From: Eledone cirrhosa
Taxonomy: Eukaryota
Assembly (NCBI GenBank): GCA_964016885.1
Contig: OZ024744.1
Span: 76,694,001-76,758,000 of the forward strand
Length of the DNA: 64,000 bases
Direction of reading: 5' to 3'
This document shows positions 1 to 12,516 of the stretch, piece by piece. Under the pieces are notes generated by a model that saw only the letters and a program-made list of their open reading frames with translations, was not told the DNA's origin and did no database searches. The translations under genes and the position numbers were made by a program. The first letter of the stretch is position 1, and the number at the start of each line of letters is the position of its first letter.

Positions 1-254
1 GTGTGTATGTGTGTGTGTATGTATGTGTGTGCGGGGGTGGGGGTTATATATTCATATATTGTTTCTGAATGTATAACATATTGCAGTAAAGTCTAATTTG
101 GAATTCATCATTCTGTAAAATTGTGGCAATAACAACAACCACTAACAACAACTTCCTCCAGAAGATGAGACCGCAAACCTTTAGAAATATTCAAGGACCT
201 TGGAGCTTTGTTTATTCCAGACTAAACAATCACGATTAATAAAGAAATACAGAA

Positions 255-1168
255 AATCTATAGGGGCCTACATCTTACGTGCGATTTTCATGAAACTTTA
301 CAGGCTCATAGATTAGTCATCGGGGAGTGTTTTCTATATATCAGCGTATCGTTTTTTTTTTATTCTGGGGTTATTTTGCAGATAAAAATCGATAGGGAGC
401 GGGGAGGTCAGGTTTTTTTAGTTATCGAAAAATAAGATTTTTGGCTCTAGCTCCCTCATTTTGCCACGGATTTCGTTCAAATTTTAAAGCAAAATAGAAT
501 TTATCATTGCACATCCTGTAATGGCTTTATATTTTGTATTTGTTCTTCAGGGACAGCGTGGCAGCCGCTTAAATATTCAAAAATACCTCTTTTAGACTCA
601 AATTTCCACCATTTCGGCTCTAGCTCCCACATTAATCAACCTACTTTGTTCAAATTTTACACTACGCTAGATCTGATTTTTTCATGTCTTAAAGTGGCTT
701 TAAATTTTGGATTTTTTGTTCAGGAACGGCGTGGAAGACGCTTAAATATTCGGAAATACCACCTTTTCGCTCAAATTTCCGCCTCTCCGGCTCTAGCTGC
801 CACATTTTTCAACCGATTTCGTTCAAATTCGAAACAATTCTATCCAATTATCCAGTTGATGGTCAAAGCAAAACGATGGCCACTGACGTCGTCTGAGCTT
901 TTAGTTGTGTATTTGAGAATTCATCGGTTTCCAATCAAGTAGCGTGAGGAAATTTGGCTTAGTGTTAGAGGTCATTACCTCCCTCGCCCAGTATGCCCCT
1001 TCGTCAGTCACCCGCGTTTCTCAGTGATAGAGGTCATCACCACCCTCCCCCGCATGGCCTGTGTGTGGCTATAGATGAGTCATCGAGAAGCATTCACTAA
1101 GATCAACACATTTTCATCAGAGCAGATATTATTTTACCTACCCAGGCAACGCTGGGTACTGCTGCTAG
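255..1168 (+). mobile_element. Non-autonomous Helitron-like element (3' end clear, 5' end approximate) with ~174-bp diverged internal repeats
   Basis: Hairpin CCCAG-gcaacg-CTGGG (1141-1156), then CTAG (1165-1168) followed by T. Internal repeat units starting GGCTCTAGCT at ~443, ~617, ~789. Confidence 0.65.
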
Positions 1169-1209
1169 TCTTTAATAAAAAGAATAATGCATGTATATAT
1201 GTATGTATG

Positions 1210-1690
1210 TCGGGTCACTCTTGAGTGTTACTGGTAACATGTAACCTAGTACAAACTGTCGCATGGTCGGGTCGTCGGCGACTAAACCGGCAACCCCACC
1301 AAGTTTACTTGGTGAAGAGGGTGATTTTGGACACCCTGCAGGACAAAAAACAAAACCTGACAATGTATATATATATACATACATACAAAGGGCGGAAGAA
1401 CTCATAAGAGTCAACGGCCATCCAAAAGTGTGTACATATGTATATACACATGTACCGCACGGTTAAACCACTGGGAGTGAAGGACCCCTAACCTTTGTCA
1501 GAGCATTCTTCTAGGAGAAGGCAACTCAGGAAACTTGGATAACTCCGATATAAAACCTGCGGCTCAGTAGTTACCGATGATATTGATCTTTTCTTCTTTT
1601 CGGGTTATAGCTACTGTCGCTCAGAGAGTGGGATTGGCTCAGTGCACAGTCTTACCTCACTTTAAACATATTATTCACGCACAGGCATTG
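1210..1690 (+). mobile_element. RTE-like LINE 5' UTR, interrupted by two short TA/TACA tracts
   Basis: Collinear with the 5' half of the elements at 47988-48557 and 48841-49433. Contains CTAGGAGAAGGCAACTC...GATATAAAACC, an RTE-type 5' UTR motif. Lies upstream of the RTE ORF at 2540-4045 on the same strand. Confidence 0.6.
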
Positions 1691-1736
1691 CACGATTGCA
1701 TTAATTAATAATTATTAATAGTGTTATTATTATTAA

Positions 1737-2441
1737 GACGGACCTGCCCAAGATGCGCACAGAGCGACGAAACCGTTCTTCACGCACTTGTCCAAAGACC
1801 GTGCATTACTGACTTATGGAGTTATGTCGAACAGCTACTGTCGCGTGTAGAACGGATCTGGCTTTAGGCCGAGTCCATAGTGAAGATCGACCCGCCGCTT
1901 TCCTTTGATCAGGAAGAGCGGGCAATTTTCCTCTGTCTGGTGGCCGTTGTAAAAGAGGTTACATGGTGGACCAGATTGAAAGGACTGAAGACAGACACTT
2001 ATCTCTTCGGCCAATCCCTCATCAACTTCTTCAAGTTTCACCTGGAAAGGAAGGTGAGGGTGGGGAGAGAAGTCCTGTCCCCCAGTACATTTGCTAAAAG
2101 GTGGATGAATGTGGCGAGAATGGCCCGTGTGAATGGGCCTACTCTGACCACGCGCCTATAGACTAGCTAACTTGAGAGAGGTGCTCTCCCTGGCTGCCCT
2201 AGAAACGCAGGGTGGTTCAGGATTGGTGGGGTACCTGAGTCACCCCTGGGTCGTCCACCCCCGATAGGGGAATTTATTTATTTTGTTATATTTATACATA
2301 ATTTATTTTATATTTGTATATCTTCATTGTTAAATTAGTCTTGCCATTGTGCACTTTTACTCCACCTTATTGTAAACCCCCACTGTCCCTGTCTTTGTAC
2401 TGTCCCCTACATGTCGGCCCTTGTGGCCAATAAATGAAATC
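1737..2441 (+). mobile_element. 5'-truncated Tx1/L1-clade LINE 3' fragment flanked by (ATT)n
   Basis: Encodes RTCPRCAQSDETVLHAL and ...EVTWWTRLKGLK..., homologous to the C-terminus of the ORFs at 34089-36629 and 42807-44141. The 3' end GTGGCCAATAAATGAAATC is followed by (ATT)n. Confidence 0.85.
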
Positions 2442-2539
2442 ATTATTATTATTATTATTATTACTTTTTTTCCCAATTCAATGATGTCCCAAAACAATAT
2501 AAAAGAGATAAATGACGATAAGGATTCTGGAACAAGAGA

Positions 2540-4045
2540 TAATTGGCAATAAGGGAAAGGTCCCAGGGTTTCACAGCCTGGGCCCGCTCGTCATCGTGCC
2601 ACTGTAATATAGCCAAACAAGGCATTTAATATTGGCTGCTGGGACGTACGGACGCTGCTTGACAAGGATTCCTTGGAACGTCCTGAACGAAGGACCGCTC
2701 TTGCTACAAAGGAGCTTCGACGTTACGATCTTGACATCGTAGCTTTATCTGAGACGAGGTTAGCTGGAGATGGTCATCTTACAGAATTTTGTGGAGAATA
2801 TACATTCTTCTGGAAAGGAAGAGATGAAGGGACTAGAAGAGAGGCTGGGGTAGCATTTGCTGTTAAGACTGCTCTTGTGGATAAATTAGAAGAATTCCCA
2901 GTGGGGATTAGTGAGCGTCTTGTGTCCTTGAGAATTCCGCTGGACAAAGGAAGATATGCGACCCTGGTGAGTGTGTATGTTCCAACTATGAATTCTGTTG
3001 ATGAAGAAAAAGTGTCTTTTTACCATGCCTTGAAAGGTGTTTTAAGAAATATCCCTTAGGCAGACAAGGTAATCGTGCTTGTTGACTTTAATGCTAGAGT
3101 GGGTAGAGATTTTAACACATGGAATGTAATCGGAAGGCATGGGGTGGGAAAGTGTAACAACAATGGTATGCTCCTGCTGCAGATGTGTGAGGAGCTGAAT
3201 CTGTGTGTTACCTTCACCATGTTCCAGCAAAAGAACAAATTTAAGACCACATGCATGCATGCTGCATCTTAGGAATGGCATCTTTTGGACTATGTACTTG
3301 TCAGGATGCGTGACAGACGGGATGTGCAGTGTGTTCGTGTTCTTCGTGGAGCTGAGTGCTGGACGGACCACCGCCTGGTACGCGCAAAAGTGAAACTAAT
3401 CATTAAACGTAAAATCCGGGCTCCTGGTGTTATCCTGCCCAGAAGATCGAATGCTGCTCGTCTTTGGGATAAAGATGTGAAGAGAACAATGCGAGAAGAG
3501 ATGCCTGTTGCAGATCTTGGTGAGGATTGGCCGACCCTTAAAAAGTCGGTTTATGATGTAGGCAGGCGTGTTCTGGGATTGGTTCAGAGAAAACATCAAG
3601 TCTGGTTTAATAAGAATGATGAACATATAGAAGACTTGTTGGCTGCTCTGTCTCGCTACTTGACAGCAAAACCACAGGAGAAGAATTTGTTGCATAAGAT
3701 ATTCAAGGATGTGAAATCACGTGTTAGGCGGAATCTTTCTCAGATGAAGGATAAGCCGTGGAGTGAGAAGGCTGATGAGATACAAGCTGCATCAGATTCC
3801 AATAACACAAAGCTGTTGTACAGTCTCTTGCGTGAACTTTATGGACCGTCTTCTTCTCTGGTGACACCGCTTCGCAGCAAGGATGGCAAGGAACTTCTTC
3901 GTGACTCACAAGGAATTCTACGAAGGTGGCGAGAGCACTTTGGTGAACTTTTGAATCAGCCGTCTGTCGTCAATGAAGATTTCTTCAATCTCATTCCAGA
4001 AAAACCTGTGAAAGTAGCTCTCGCAGAACCTCCGATGCTTGTGCA
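2540..4045 (+). pseudogene. RTE(BovB-like) LINE ORF N-terminal part: APE endonuclease plus linker, two in-frame stops, truncated before the RT
   Basis: ORFs 2673-3059, 3075-3272 and 3285-4088 are in one frame. Motifs: RPERRTAL, DIVALSETR, SVYVPT, DFNARVG, LDYVLVR, CWTDHRLV. Confidence 0.9.
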
Positions 4046-4100
4046 GGTTTTTGTTATCGCGTGTGTGTGTGTGTGTATAGATGTGTGAATGTGTGTGTGT

Positions 4101-5126
4101 ATATATATATATATAAAACTGAGGATGTCTGTCTGTGTGTGTGTGAGTGAGTTTGAATCCCTAAAACTCGAGAAGCACCCAACCGACTGTTTTCAAACTT
4201 TACACATGTAATACTTATGTTTCAGGGAGTGTTCTGAGCAAAACAGTTTCAATGCCCTAGGGACCGCATTAGGCGATTTAGCGATCTCTCTCTATAATTA
4301 TTAGTCTTTCTCTTTTTAGATAGATACATACATATAACGTCGCGCCCTTATAATTGTTTCTACTTTAGGCACAAGGCCAGCAATTTCCCAGTACATTACT
4401 GGTACTTTATTTTATCGACTCCGTAAGGATGAAAGGCAAAGTTAACCTCGGCGGGATTTGAACTCAGACTGTAAAGGGACGTAACTATGCTAGAAAGCAT
4501 GGCCTCCAACCCTTATAATATCTGTCTGTATGTCTGACTGTCTGCATTACGTCACTTCCCTGAGGATGTCTGTCTGTGTGTGTGTGTGTGTGTGTGTCTG
4601 TGAGTTTGAATCCCTAAAACTCGAGAAGTACCCAACCGACTTTTTTCAAACTTTACATGTGTATTACTTACGGACTAGGTGAAAAACTGCGTTTTTTCAG
4701 GTTTTTATGGGTTTTTTGAGGCGTTACGTCAGACCGATTTCCTTGAAATTGTAATTATGTATTAGTCAGTCTATTCTTCATACCGTAAGCAAAGAAAATC
4801 CAACTTTTTGCTGGCCTAGGGCGCGTATTAGGTGAAAAACTTCCTTTTTTCAGCTTTTTAGGGCTTTTTTGAGACGTTACGTTTAGCCGATTATCCCGAA
4901 ATTTCAAGGCATATTATGCACATAAAAAAAATTCATTTTCTTGATCCCCTAGGGCCTGCATTAAGTGAAAACCTGCATTTTTCCTGCTTATCGACGAAAA
5001 TCTTAAAGAGTATGCGGTTTATTTTATTTTCATATTGTCCTGGCATGCAGTTTTTCCATGATTAGGTCTGTTGGCGGCCCGCGTTCCAAAATACCTTATC
5101 CCGTGCAACGCCGGGTACCACTGCTA

Positions 5127-5127
<1 letters not shown>
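4101..5127 (+). mobile_element. Non-autonomous Helitron-like element with an internal duplication of its 5' part and a nested SINE
   Basis: Starts TATATAAAACTGAGGATGTCTGTCTG, which recurs at ~4560. Ends CCCGTGCAACGCCGGG-taccactg-CTAG|T (5100-5128). Confidence 0.7.
4351..4513 (-). mobile_element. tRNA-derived SINE, family 1 (5'-truncated)
   Basis: Reverse complement of the family consensus ...GAGTTCAAATCCCGCCGAGGTTAACTTTGCCTTTCATCC...AGAAACAATTA. Confidence 0.85.
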
Positions 5128-5194
<67 letters not shown>

Positions 5195-5529
5195 ATTTTT
5201 GTTATTATTATTGTCGTTATTATTATTATTATTTTTATTTTTTTCGTGCAATGGCCACACTCGATAACGAGTGGGCAGACATCATGTATGTATGTATGTA
5301 TGTATGTATGTATGTATGTATGTATGTATGTATGTATGTATGTATGTATGTATGTACGTATATATGTGTGTATGTATGTATGTATGTATGAATGTGTGTG
5401 TGTATATATGTGTATATGTATGTATACACATATATGTACACAGTACACACATATATATGCAGACTCGCATACATACACCGATATGTATTATATATACATA
5501 TATGTATATGTGTATATATTCACACACAC

Positions 5530-5611
<82 letters not shown>

Positions 5612-5698
5612 ACACTTAAACATACGCCTCTGTGTGTGTTTATGTGAACCGCAATAACCACCAAAACAGTTTTCTAGTTTACACATTTTTGCATCTTT

Positions 5699-5700
5699 AG

Positions 5701-5731
<31 letters not shown>

Positions 5732-6310
5732 GGTGGTGGCGGCGGTGGTGGTGGTGGTGGTGGTGGTGGTGGTGGTGGTGGTGGTGGTGGTGGTGGTGGT
5801 GGTGGTGGTGGTTGTGATGGTGGTAGTGGTGGTGATGGTGGTAGTGGTGCTGGTGGTGGTAGAGTTGTACTGCTGTTGTGATGGTGGTGATGGTGGTGGT
5901 GGCCGTGGTGGTGATGGTGGTGGTTGTGGCGGTGGTGGTGGTGGTGGTGGTAAAGTTGTGCTGCTGTTGTGATGGTGGTGGTGGTGATGGTAGTGGTGGT
6001 GGTGGTGGTGATGTTGGTGGTGATGGTGGTGGTGGTATTGGTGGTGAGGGTAATAGTGTTGGTGGTGGTGGTGGTGGTGGTGGTAGTGGTGATAGTGGTG
6101 GTGTTATTTGAGGTGGTGGTGGTGGTGGTGGTGATGGTGATAGTGGTGGTGGTGCTGGTGGTGATGGTGTTGGTGGTGGTGGTGACGGTGGTGGTGGTGG
6201 TGGTAGTGGTGATAGTGGTGGTGTTATTTGTGGTGGTGGTGGTGGTGGTGGTGGTGATGGTGATAGTGGTGGTGGTGCTGGTGGTGATGGTGTTGGTGGT
6301 GGTGGTGGTG

Positions 6311-6341
<31 letters not shown>

Positions 6342-6571
6342 TGATAGTGGTGGTGTTATTTGTGGTGGTGGTGGTGGTGGTGGTGGTGGTAGTGATGGTG
6401 ATAGTGGTGGTGGTGGTGCTGGTGGTGATGGTGTTGGTGGCGGTGGTGGTGACGGTGGTGGTGGTGGTGGCGGTGGTAGTAGTGGTGATAGTGGTGGTGT
6501 TATTGGTGGTGGTGGTGGTGGTGGTGATAGTGGTGGTGGTGGCGGCGGTGCTGGTGGCGGTGGTGGTGGTG
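5699..6571. repeat. (GGT)n compound microsatellite with a higher-order ~120-bp period
   Basis: Seen directly. The block GATAGTGGTGGTGTTATTTG recurs. Confidence 0.95.
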
Positions 6572-6956
6572 TACAATTTAGTTCTAACTGCCCTTACCCA
6601 CCCACCCACCCCCACCGACGACGGAAAAGTGCCCTTCATCAAAGATGGGTGTGTGGCCAGTAACTTACACCTGTAATAACACACAACGTTGCATACAGAC
6701 AAAAACACATGACGTTGTGTCAAGGACATCTTGCATATTATATACACTATATGCCTTCTTCTCAAACAAGATTCAGAGGCGAGAATATATATTATTGTCT
6801 CATAGTTTTCTTGCTTTCTTTCTTTCTTTCTTTCTTCCTTCCTTTCTTCCTTTTTTTCTTTCTTCCTTTCTTTCCTTTTTTTCTTTCTTCCTTCCTTACT
6901 TTCATTCTTTCTTTCTTTATTTCTTTATTTATTTCGTTTTTTCTTTCAACAGTTTG

Positions 6957-7000
<44 letters not shown>

Positions 7001-7089
7001 GCGCACGCACACACAAACACATACGCATGTATATATATGTGTGTGTGTGTGTGTGTGTGCGTGTGTGTGCGTGTGTGTGCGTGTGTGTG

Positions 7090-7270
7090 TGTGTCCTCAT
7101 TTTTGCAAAGTCTATACAAATCCACATTTCTACTCCAATTGACTTCAAACTTGAATTTATATATTCCTTGCGGTCTAAAGATACTAACTGCAGCTTTTAT
7201 TTTTCAATTTTCTGTTGTTAAATGGGTGTTAGGCGCCGGTTATCGATCTCCATCGAGCCCTTATAATATC
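7090..7270 (+). repeat. Unclassified interspersed repeat; inverted copy at ~32940-33110
   Basis: GTGTCCTCATTTTTGCAAAGTCTATACAAAT...GAGCCCTTATAAT matches the reverse complement at 32940-33110. Confidence 0.75.
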
Positions 7271-7372
7271 TCTCTGTATGTCTGGCTGTCTGTATAACGA
7301 CATTCTGACATATTATCTTCGCTACATTCACACACACACACACACAGACACATACACACACATACATATATA

Positions 7373-7374
<2 letters not shown>

Positions 7375-7441
<67 letters not shown>

Positions 7442-7649
7442 GTGTATATATGTGTATATATATATATATATAAACGGATAAAATGAAACGAAATTTCATT
7501 TCCCACTCTTAGTACGGCTGTTACTTAAATATAAGTATGTATACGTACATACATATATATATACAGACGTACAGTAGTATGTATATATACATACATGCAC
7601 ACATATATATATATATGTACGTATGGATTCACCGAACATTTATTATATA

Positions 7650-7697
<48 letters not shown>

Positions 7698-7905
7698 TAT
7701 ATAATAAATGTTCGGTGAATCCATACGTACATATATATATATATGTGTGCATGTATGTATATATACATACTACTGTACGTCTGTATATATATATGTATGT
7801 ACGTATACATACTTATATTTAAGTAACAGCCGTACTAAGAGTGGGAAATGAAATTTCGTTTCATTTTATCCGTTTATATATATATATATATACACATATA
7901 TACAC

Positions 7906-7972
<67 letters not shown>
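7375..7972. repeat. Apparently perfect ~600-bp palindrome centred on a (TA)n tract
   Basis: 7436-7652 reads as the reverse complement of 7695-7911; centre ~7673. Confidence 0.95.
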
Positions 7973-7980
<8 letters not shown>

Positions 7981-8118
7981 CAAACATATATACACATATA
8001 TATACATACACATATATATATGTATACACACACCCACATATATATATACAAATACATACATACACACATATATATATATATATATATGCATACATACACA
8101 CACATATATATATATGTA

Positions 8119-8169
<51 letters not shown>

Positions 8170-8173
<4 letters not shown>

Positions 8174-8793
8174 CTACATTGTAGGTCGCTTTAACCCGTC
8201 TTTTATTATTCAAAAAACTTCTTGCCAATAAATATTAAGCAGTTTCCTCCCGAGCTGTTAGGTCACGCGAGATTCTCTGCTACACCTTTTCGTAATAATA
8301 CCCAACAACGTACTGCTGGTCACTCCTTCCTCCAAAAGCCCTACAAAGCGGACATATACATCGGGCAGATGGATCGGGTGCAAATCTATACCAGCCCTAC
8401 ACGAGAAATTCGCAAGGGACTACACCGAGAGGGATAGAGAGAAAGAGTAACTTAGTGGAAAGAGTGCGAATGAACTTTTGAGGTAAGTAGCATACGCCTT
8501 ACTGCTATGACACTGGAACCTTCTGCCAACTTAACCTGTGACTTTCTCTTTCACATTTACTCCAAAAGGTCAAAACAGAGGAGTATGAAAAGAAGGGACT
8601 CAACAATATTTCTATGAACAATGCACGTAGACAGCTAAACGGTACTTTCAACTTCTTAATTTTCTCCAAATAAAACAAGTTTCCTGTCGGTATATTTTCG
8701 TGAGTTTTTAACAGGCTCTCACAAATAAACATTTCTCACTGGAGGTGCTATTACAAATGTTCTTACCCGTGCAACGCCGGGATACACTGCTAG
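8170..8793 (+). mobile_element. Non-autonomous Helitron-like element (3' end clear)
   Basis: CCCGTGCAACGCCGGG-atacactg-CTAG|T at 8766-8794, followed by (TA)n. Confidence 0.6.
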
Positions 8794-8797
8794 TATC

Positions 8798-8832
<35 letters not shown>

Positions 8833-8964
8833 ATGTGTGTATGTGTGTATATATATGTATGTGTGGGTGTGTCTGTGTGTATATATATATACATATGTAT
8901 ATGTGTGTGTATATATACTTGTACACACAAACATCACATATTTACGCGTACATGTGTGTATGTG

Positions 8965-9011
<47 letters not shown>

Positions 9012-9922
9012 CCCTTATTTTCAGCGTATAAGCCGTTTTTTTTTTTTGCTACCCCCAAATTTGGTGTAGGAACTTTTTGAATGGTGGTAACGCGCTCTTC
9101 CAGAATTCGGAAGGAACAGAATTCGATTCTCAGTAGTGGTTGCTGGCTCCTTTTTCTGTCCCTGTTAGCATGGGCTGGACGGCTCTTTACAGACTGAGTC
9201 AGTACTGAGCTAGTGTCAGTGATCTCCTAGACATGTCAGGGTGAGAAAACTTTATTTACTTTATTTACTGTAGCATGTACGTGTTATCATGCCCCCCCCC
9301 CCTCTCTCTCTCTCCAGCTTGGCATTTATTTGACACAACTGTTCGATTTTTTGTTTAGTTAGTTTTCGATATCAAGTCACATTTTATTTCATATAGTGAG
9401 TGGAAGTGCGAGGAAGAGGCCAGTCGAGAGAAAGTGTGACTGACAGAGGGGGCGAAAGAAGGTGAGAAATACATAGAGAGGGGGGAAGCAGTAAGAGAGA
9501 AACAGACAAACGCAGCTGGGGGAAATATATATTAAAAAAACATGAGAAGAATTGAGTGCTGCGTGGTTGCACATGGGTTACCCTATGAATAAAAATAGTC
9601 CTTCATCAGTGATTTTCCAACCTTCGTTGATATTTCATCGCTTTAAAAATCAGATACCTCCGGTTGGTGCGAGCAATAGCTAAATAAAGCTATTGGGACA
9701 AGTAATATCGCGTAAAGCGAGGGGGACAAGTAAACAAACATATCAGGTATAGCAACCGAAAGATAGGAAGAAACAAGCACATGATATCCGTTCAGCTTAA
9801 GCTGGGTGAATTCCATGGGCGAGAGAGACAACGTCCGACGTGAGTAAGGTGTGAGTGAGAAAGGACCCCCACACAGGCCAAACGGGAGGAAGTGAGAAGG
9901 AGGCAGAGAATGAGTGAGTGGA

Positions 9923-10004
<82 letters not shown>

Positions 10005-10009
<5 letters not shown>

Positions 10010-10407
10010 GAGTGGGGTCGTGTTCTCGAGTGATAGAAGGCAGGAGGCTGAATTAAGTGCAAGAATTGCAGCAGCTGATGCAGTAGTACGCCAACTTCGG
10101 CATTTGGTAATCAGAAAAAGGGAGGTAGGTGTAAAAGCTAAACTTTGTATTTTCAATTCGGTATTCGTAACAAGCCTTACTTATGGTGTTGAATCTTGGG
10201 TAATGACCGAAAGAATATAATCACGAATATAAGCGGCCGAAATGGAACTCCTCCAAACGGTCTTTGGAGTAACATTACTCGACAGAGTGCGTAGCTCGGA
10301 GATCGGAGTCACTCCAGATAGAATCATTACTTCTCCAAATTGAGAGATCACGGCTCCGATACTATGGACATGTGGTTAGAATGTCTCAGGAAAGTATTGC
10401 TGGAAAG
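10005..10407 (+). pseudogene. RTE-group LINE RT C-terminal fragment; related copy at 56575-56975 (-)
   Basis: GVVFSSDRRQEAELSARIAAA...LTYGVESWVMTERI, then MELLQTVFGVTLLDRVRS. Confidence 0.8.
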
Positions 10408-11067
10408 AAGAAGAAGAAGAAGAAGAAGAAGAAGAAGAAGAAGAAGAAGAAGAAGAAGAAGAAGAAGAAGAAGAAGAAGAAGAAGAAGGAGGAGGAGGCT
10501 GAGGAGGAGGAGGAGGAGGAGGAGAAGGCGGAGGAGGAAGGAGGAGGAGGAGGAGGAGGAGGAGGAGAAGAAGAAGAAGAAGAAGAAGAAGAAGACAAGG
10601 AAGAAGAAATCGATATATAATATATGTGGATCATGTGGATCGATAATGACCCTATGGAGGAATTAAGGCTAAAAGACCAAGACCTCTTAACGTAGCATAC
10701 TACTAGGAACCCAGACAACTAACATTTTGCAGAGAATAATCTAATTAGATTTTAAAAAGCGTATAAACAGAATAAGTATTATGCTTAATACATTAGTTTT
10801 TATAAGGCCTATATGGTACCATTTCATTCAGCAAAAAAATCATCAAAATTTACTGTTCCGTTGATTAACATTGGCAAATGGTGAAGCCATCCCTTCCATA
10901 TACTGAACCGATTGTGTTGTTATTTCTGTTTACCTTTTACATACACACACATAAATATATATAGATATATATATATATGTGTGTGTGAAGTAATTCCGTC
11001 GGAAAGGTCCAGGAAAAAGAGTGCTCTGTGTAGGTTACAGAGCTTATTAGTTAATTAAGATAATTAT

Positions 11068-11126
11068 TTCATTTACCAGTGGTTTCTTGAAAGCAAACAA
11101 ATTTGCTTTCAGTCATCAGAATGGAA
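11068..11126 (-). ncRNA. Type-I hammerhead ribozyme candidate (canonical CUGAUGA core)
   Basis: TTCCATT-CTGATGA-c TGAAAGCAAA tttg TTTGCTTTCA a-GAAA-CC act GG-TA-AATGAA. The first pair of stem II is a C.A mismatch. Confidence 0.7.
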
Positions 11127-11159
11127 AAAATCCACATTCAATAAAAACACCAGGATTTT

Positions 11160-11218
11160 TTCCATTCTGATGACTAAAAGCAAATTTGTTTGCTTTCAAG
11201 AAACCACTGGTAAATGAA
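11160..11218 (+). ncRNA. Type-I hammerhead ribozyme candidate (mirror copy)
   Basis: CTGATGA at 11167-11173, GAAA at 11200-11203, GUA triplet, stem I CATT/AATG. Confidence 0.65.
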
Positions 11219-11264
11219 ATAATTATCTTATGTTGTTTATTACATAACTATATATATATATATG

Positions 11265-11670
11265 TAACCTGAGTTTTTCGAATATTAATAATAATATTCG
11301 ATTCGTTTTCAATCGTGCAAACAGCCTCTTTTATAAGCCATGTCAGTAGAATGAGCCCCTCATTCTTGCTCTTGTGTTGGCATTGAATCTTTCAGAAAAT
11401 ATCATATATTTGCACTAGTTTTGATAGTTGGCAGACACTAATGAATTGCAGACACTAATGTTTCTGGGTGATTACCCTTCACAGTGCAGTTTACTGCCTA
11501 CCTGCCAACTATCAAACATAGTGAAAATATATATTTTCTGAAAAATTCAATGCCAACTCAAGAGCAAAGAATGAGGGGCTCATTATACTGACATGGCTTA
11601 TAAAAGAGGCTGTTTGCATCATTGCAAACGAATCGAATATTATTATTAATATTCGAAATACTCAAATTAC
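11265..11670. repeat. Diverged inverted repeat (~165-bp arms, ~65-bp spacer)
   Basis: 11265-11434 versus 11501-11670. Confidence 0.85.
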
Positions 11671-11838
11671 CTTTATTGTATTCAGCCATGTAGAGCGATA
11701 ACTAGTTGTTAGTTATTTCAATGTGGCAAAGCCGGACATTAATCGCTCGTATACATGATACTGACTAGCCTACTTAGTGATATGCAATTGTGGCTGATCA
11801 GTGGGTCTGCTAATATGCAAATCAGGCCGATCAGTCAC

Positions 11839-11925
<87 letters not shown>

Positions 11926-11953
11926 ATAGAGGTGTAACACACGAGTTGTGATA

Positions 11954-12336
11954 TATTAGTAAAAGGAAGAGAAAATGCTGACAAATTTTTCCCAGTGAAA
12001 AATAGTTTAATTTGGAATAAGTATAAATTAGTAATAAGTATTGGTTAGTATTCAGTTTTAATTTTAAGTTTTTACCGGTTGCGCATTTCTAATGCTTTTC
12101 AAAAATAATTTTGAGATAGAGCGCTCGTGATGTTTGCTCTAATCAGATTAGAGCAAACATCACGGGCGCTCTATCTCAAAATTATTTTTGAAAAGCATTA
12201 GAAATGCGCAACCGGTAAAAACTTAAAATTAAAACTGAATACTAACCAATACTTATTACTAATTTATACTTATTCCAAATTAAACTATTTTTCACTGGGA
12301 AAAATTTGTCAGCATTTTCTTTTCCTTTTACTAATA
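11954..12336. repeat. Near-perfect 383-bp palindrome (1-nt centre at 12145) containing two U3-A8 hammerhead motifs with GAAA changed to GCAA
   Basis: Plus arm: TTT-TTGAAAA-GCATT aga AATGC-GCAA-CCGG-TA-AAA (12185-12220); mirrored at 12070-12105. Confidence 0.9.
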
Positions 12337-12516
12337 ATTGTTTCTACTTTAGGCACAAGGCCAGCAATTACCCAGTGCATTACTGGTACTTTATTTTAAC
12401 GACCCCGTAAGGATGAAAGGCAAAGCCAACCTCGGCGGGATTTGAACTCAGATCGTAAAGGGACGTAACTATGCTGGAAAGCATGGCGTCCGACCCTCTA
12501 CCGATACTGCCAATCC
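12334..12516 (-). mobile_element. tRNA-derived SINE, family 1
   Basis: A box TGGCAGTATCGG and B box GAGTTCAAATCC on the minus strand, plus the conserved tail. Confidence 0.9.

Larger units (their letters stand above)
11056..11230. repeat. Inverted repeat (78-bp arms, 19-bp spacer); each arm carries a hammerhead motif
   Basis: 11056-11133 versus 11153-11230, one mismatch seen. Confidence 0.9.

Noticed and set aside
153-197. CAGAAGA...GAAATATTC motif (similar weak cases at ~19535-19593 and ~16171-16222)
   Set aside because: Core and stems are too degenerate to distinguish from chance.
5058-9080. Many ORFs of YI/CV/HT/poly-V/poly-T type, here and throughout the window
   Set aside because: They are translations of (TA)n, (TG)n, (TACA)n and (GGT)n microsatellites with no coding signal.
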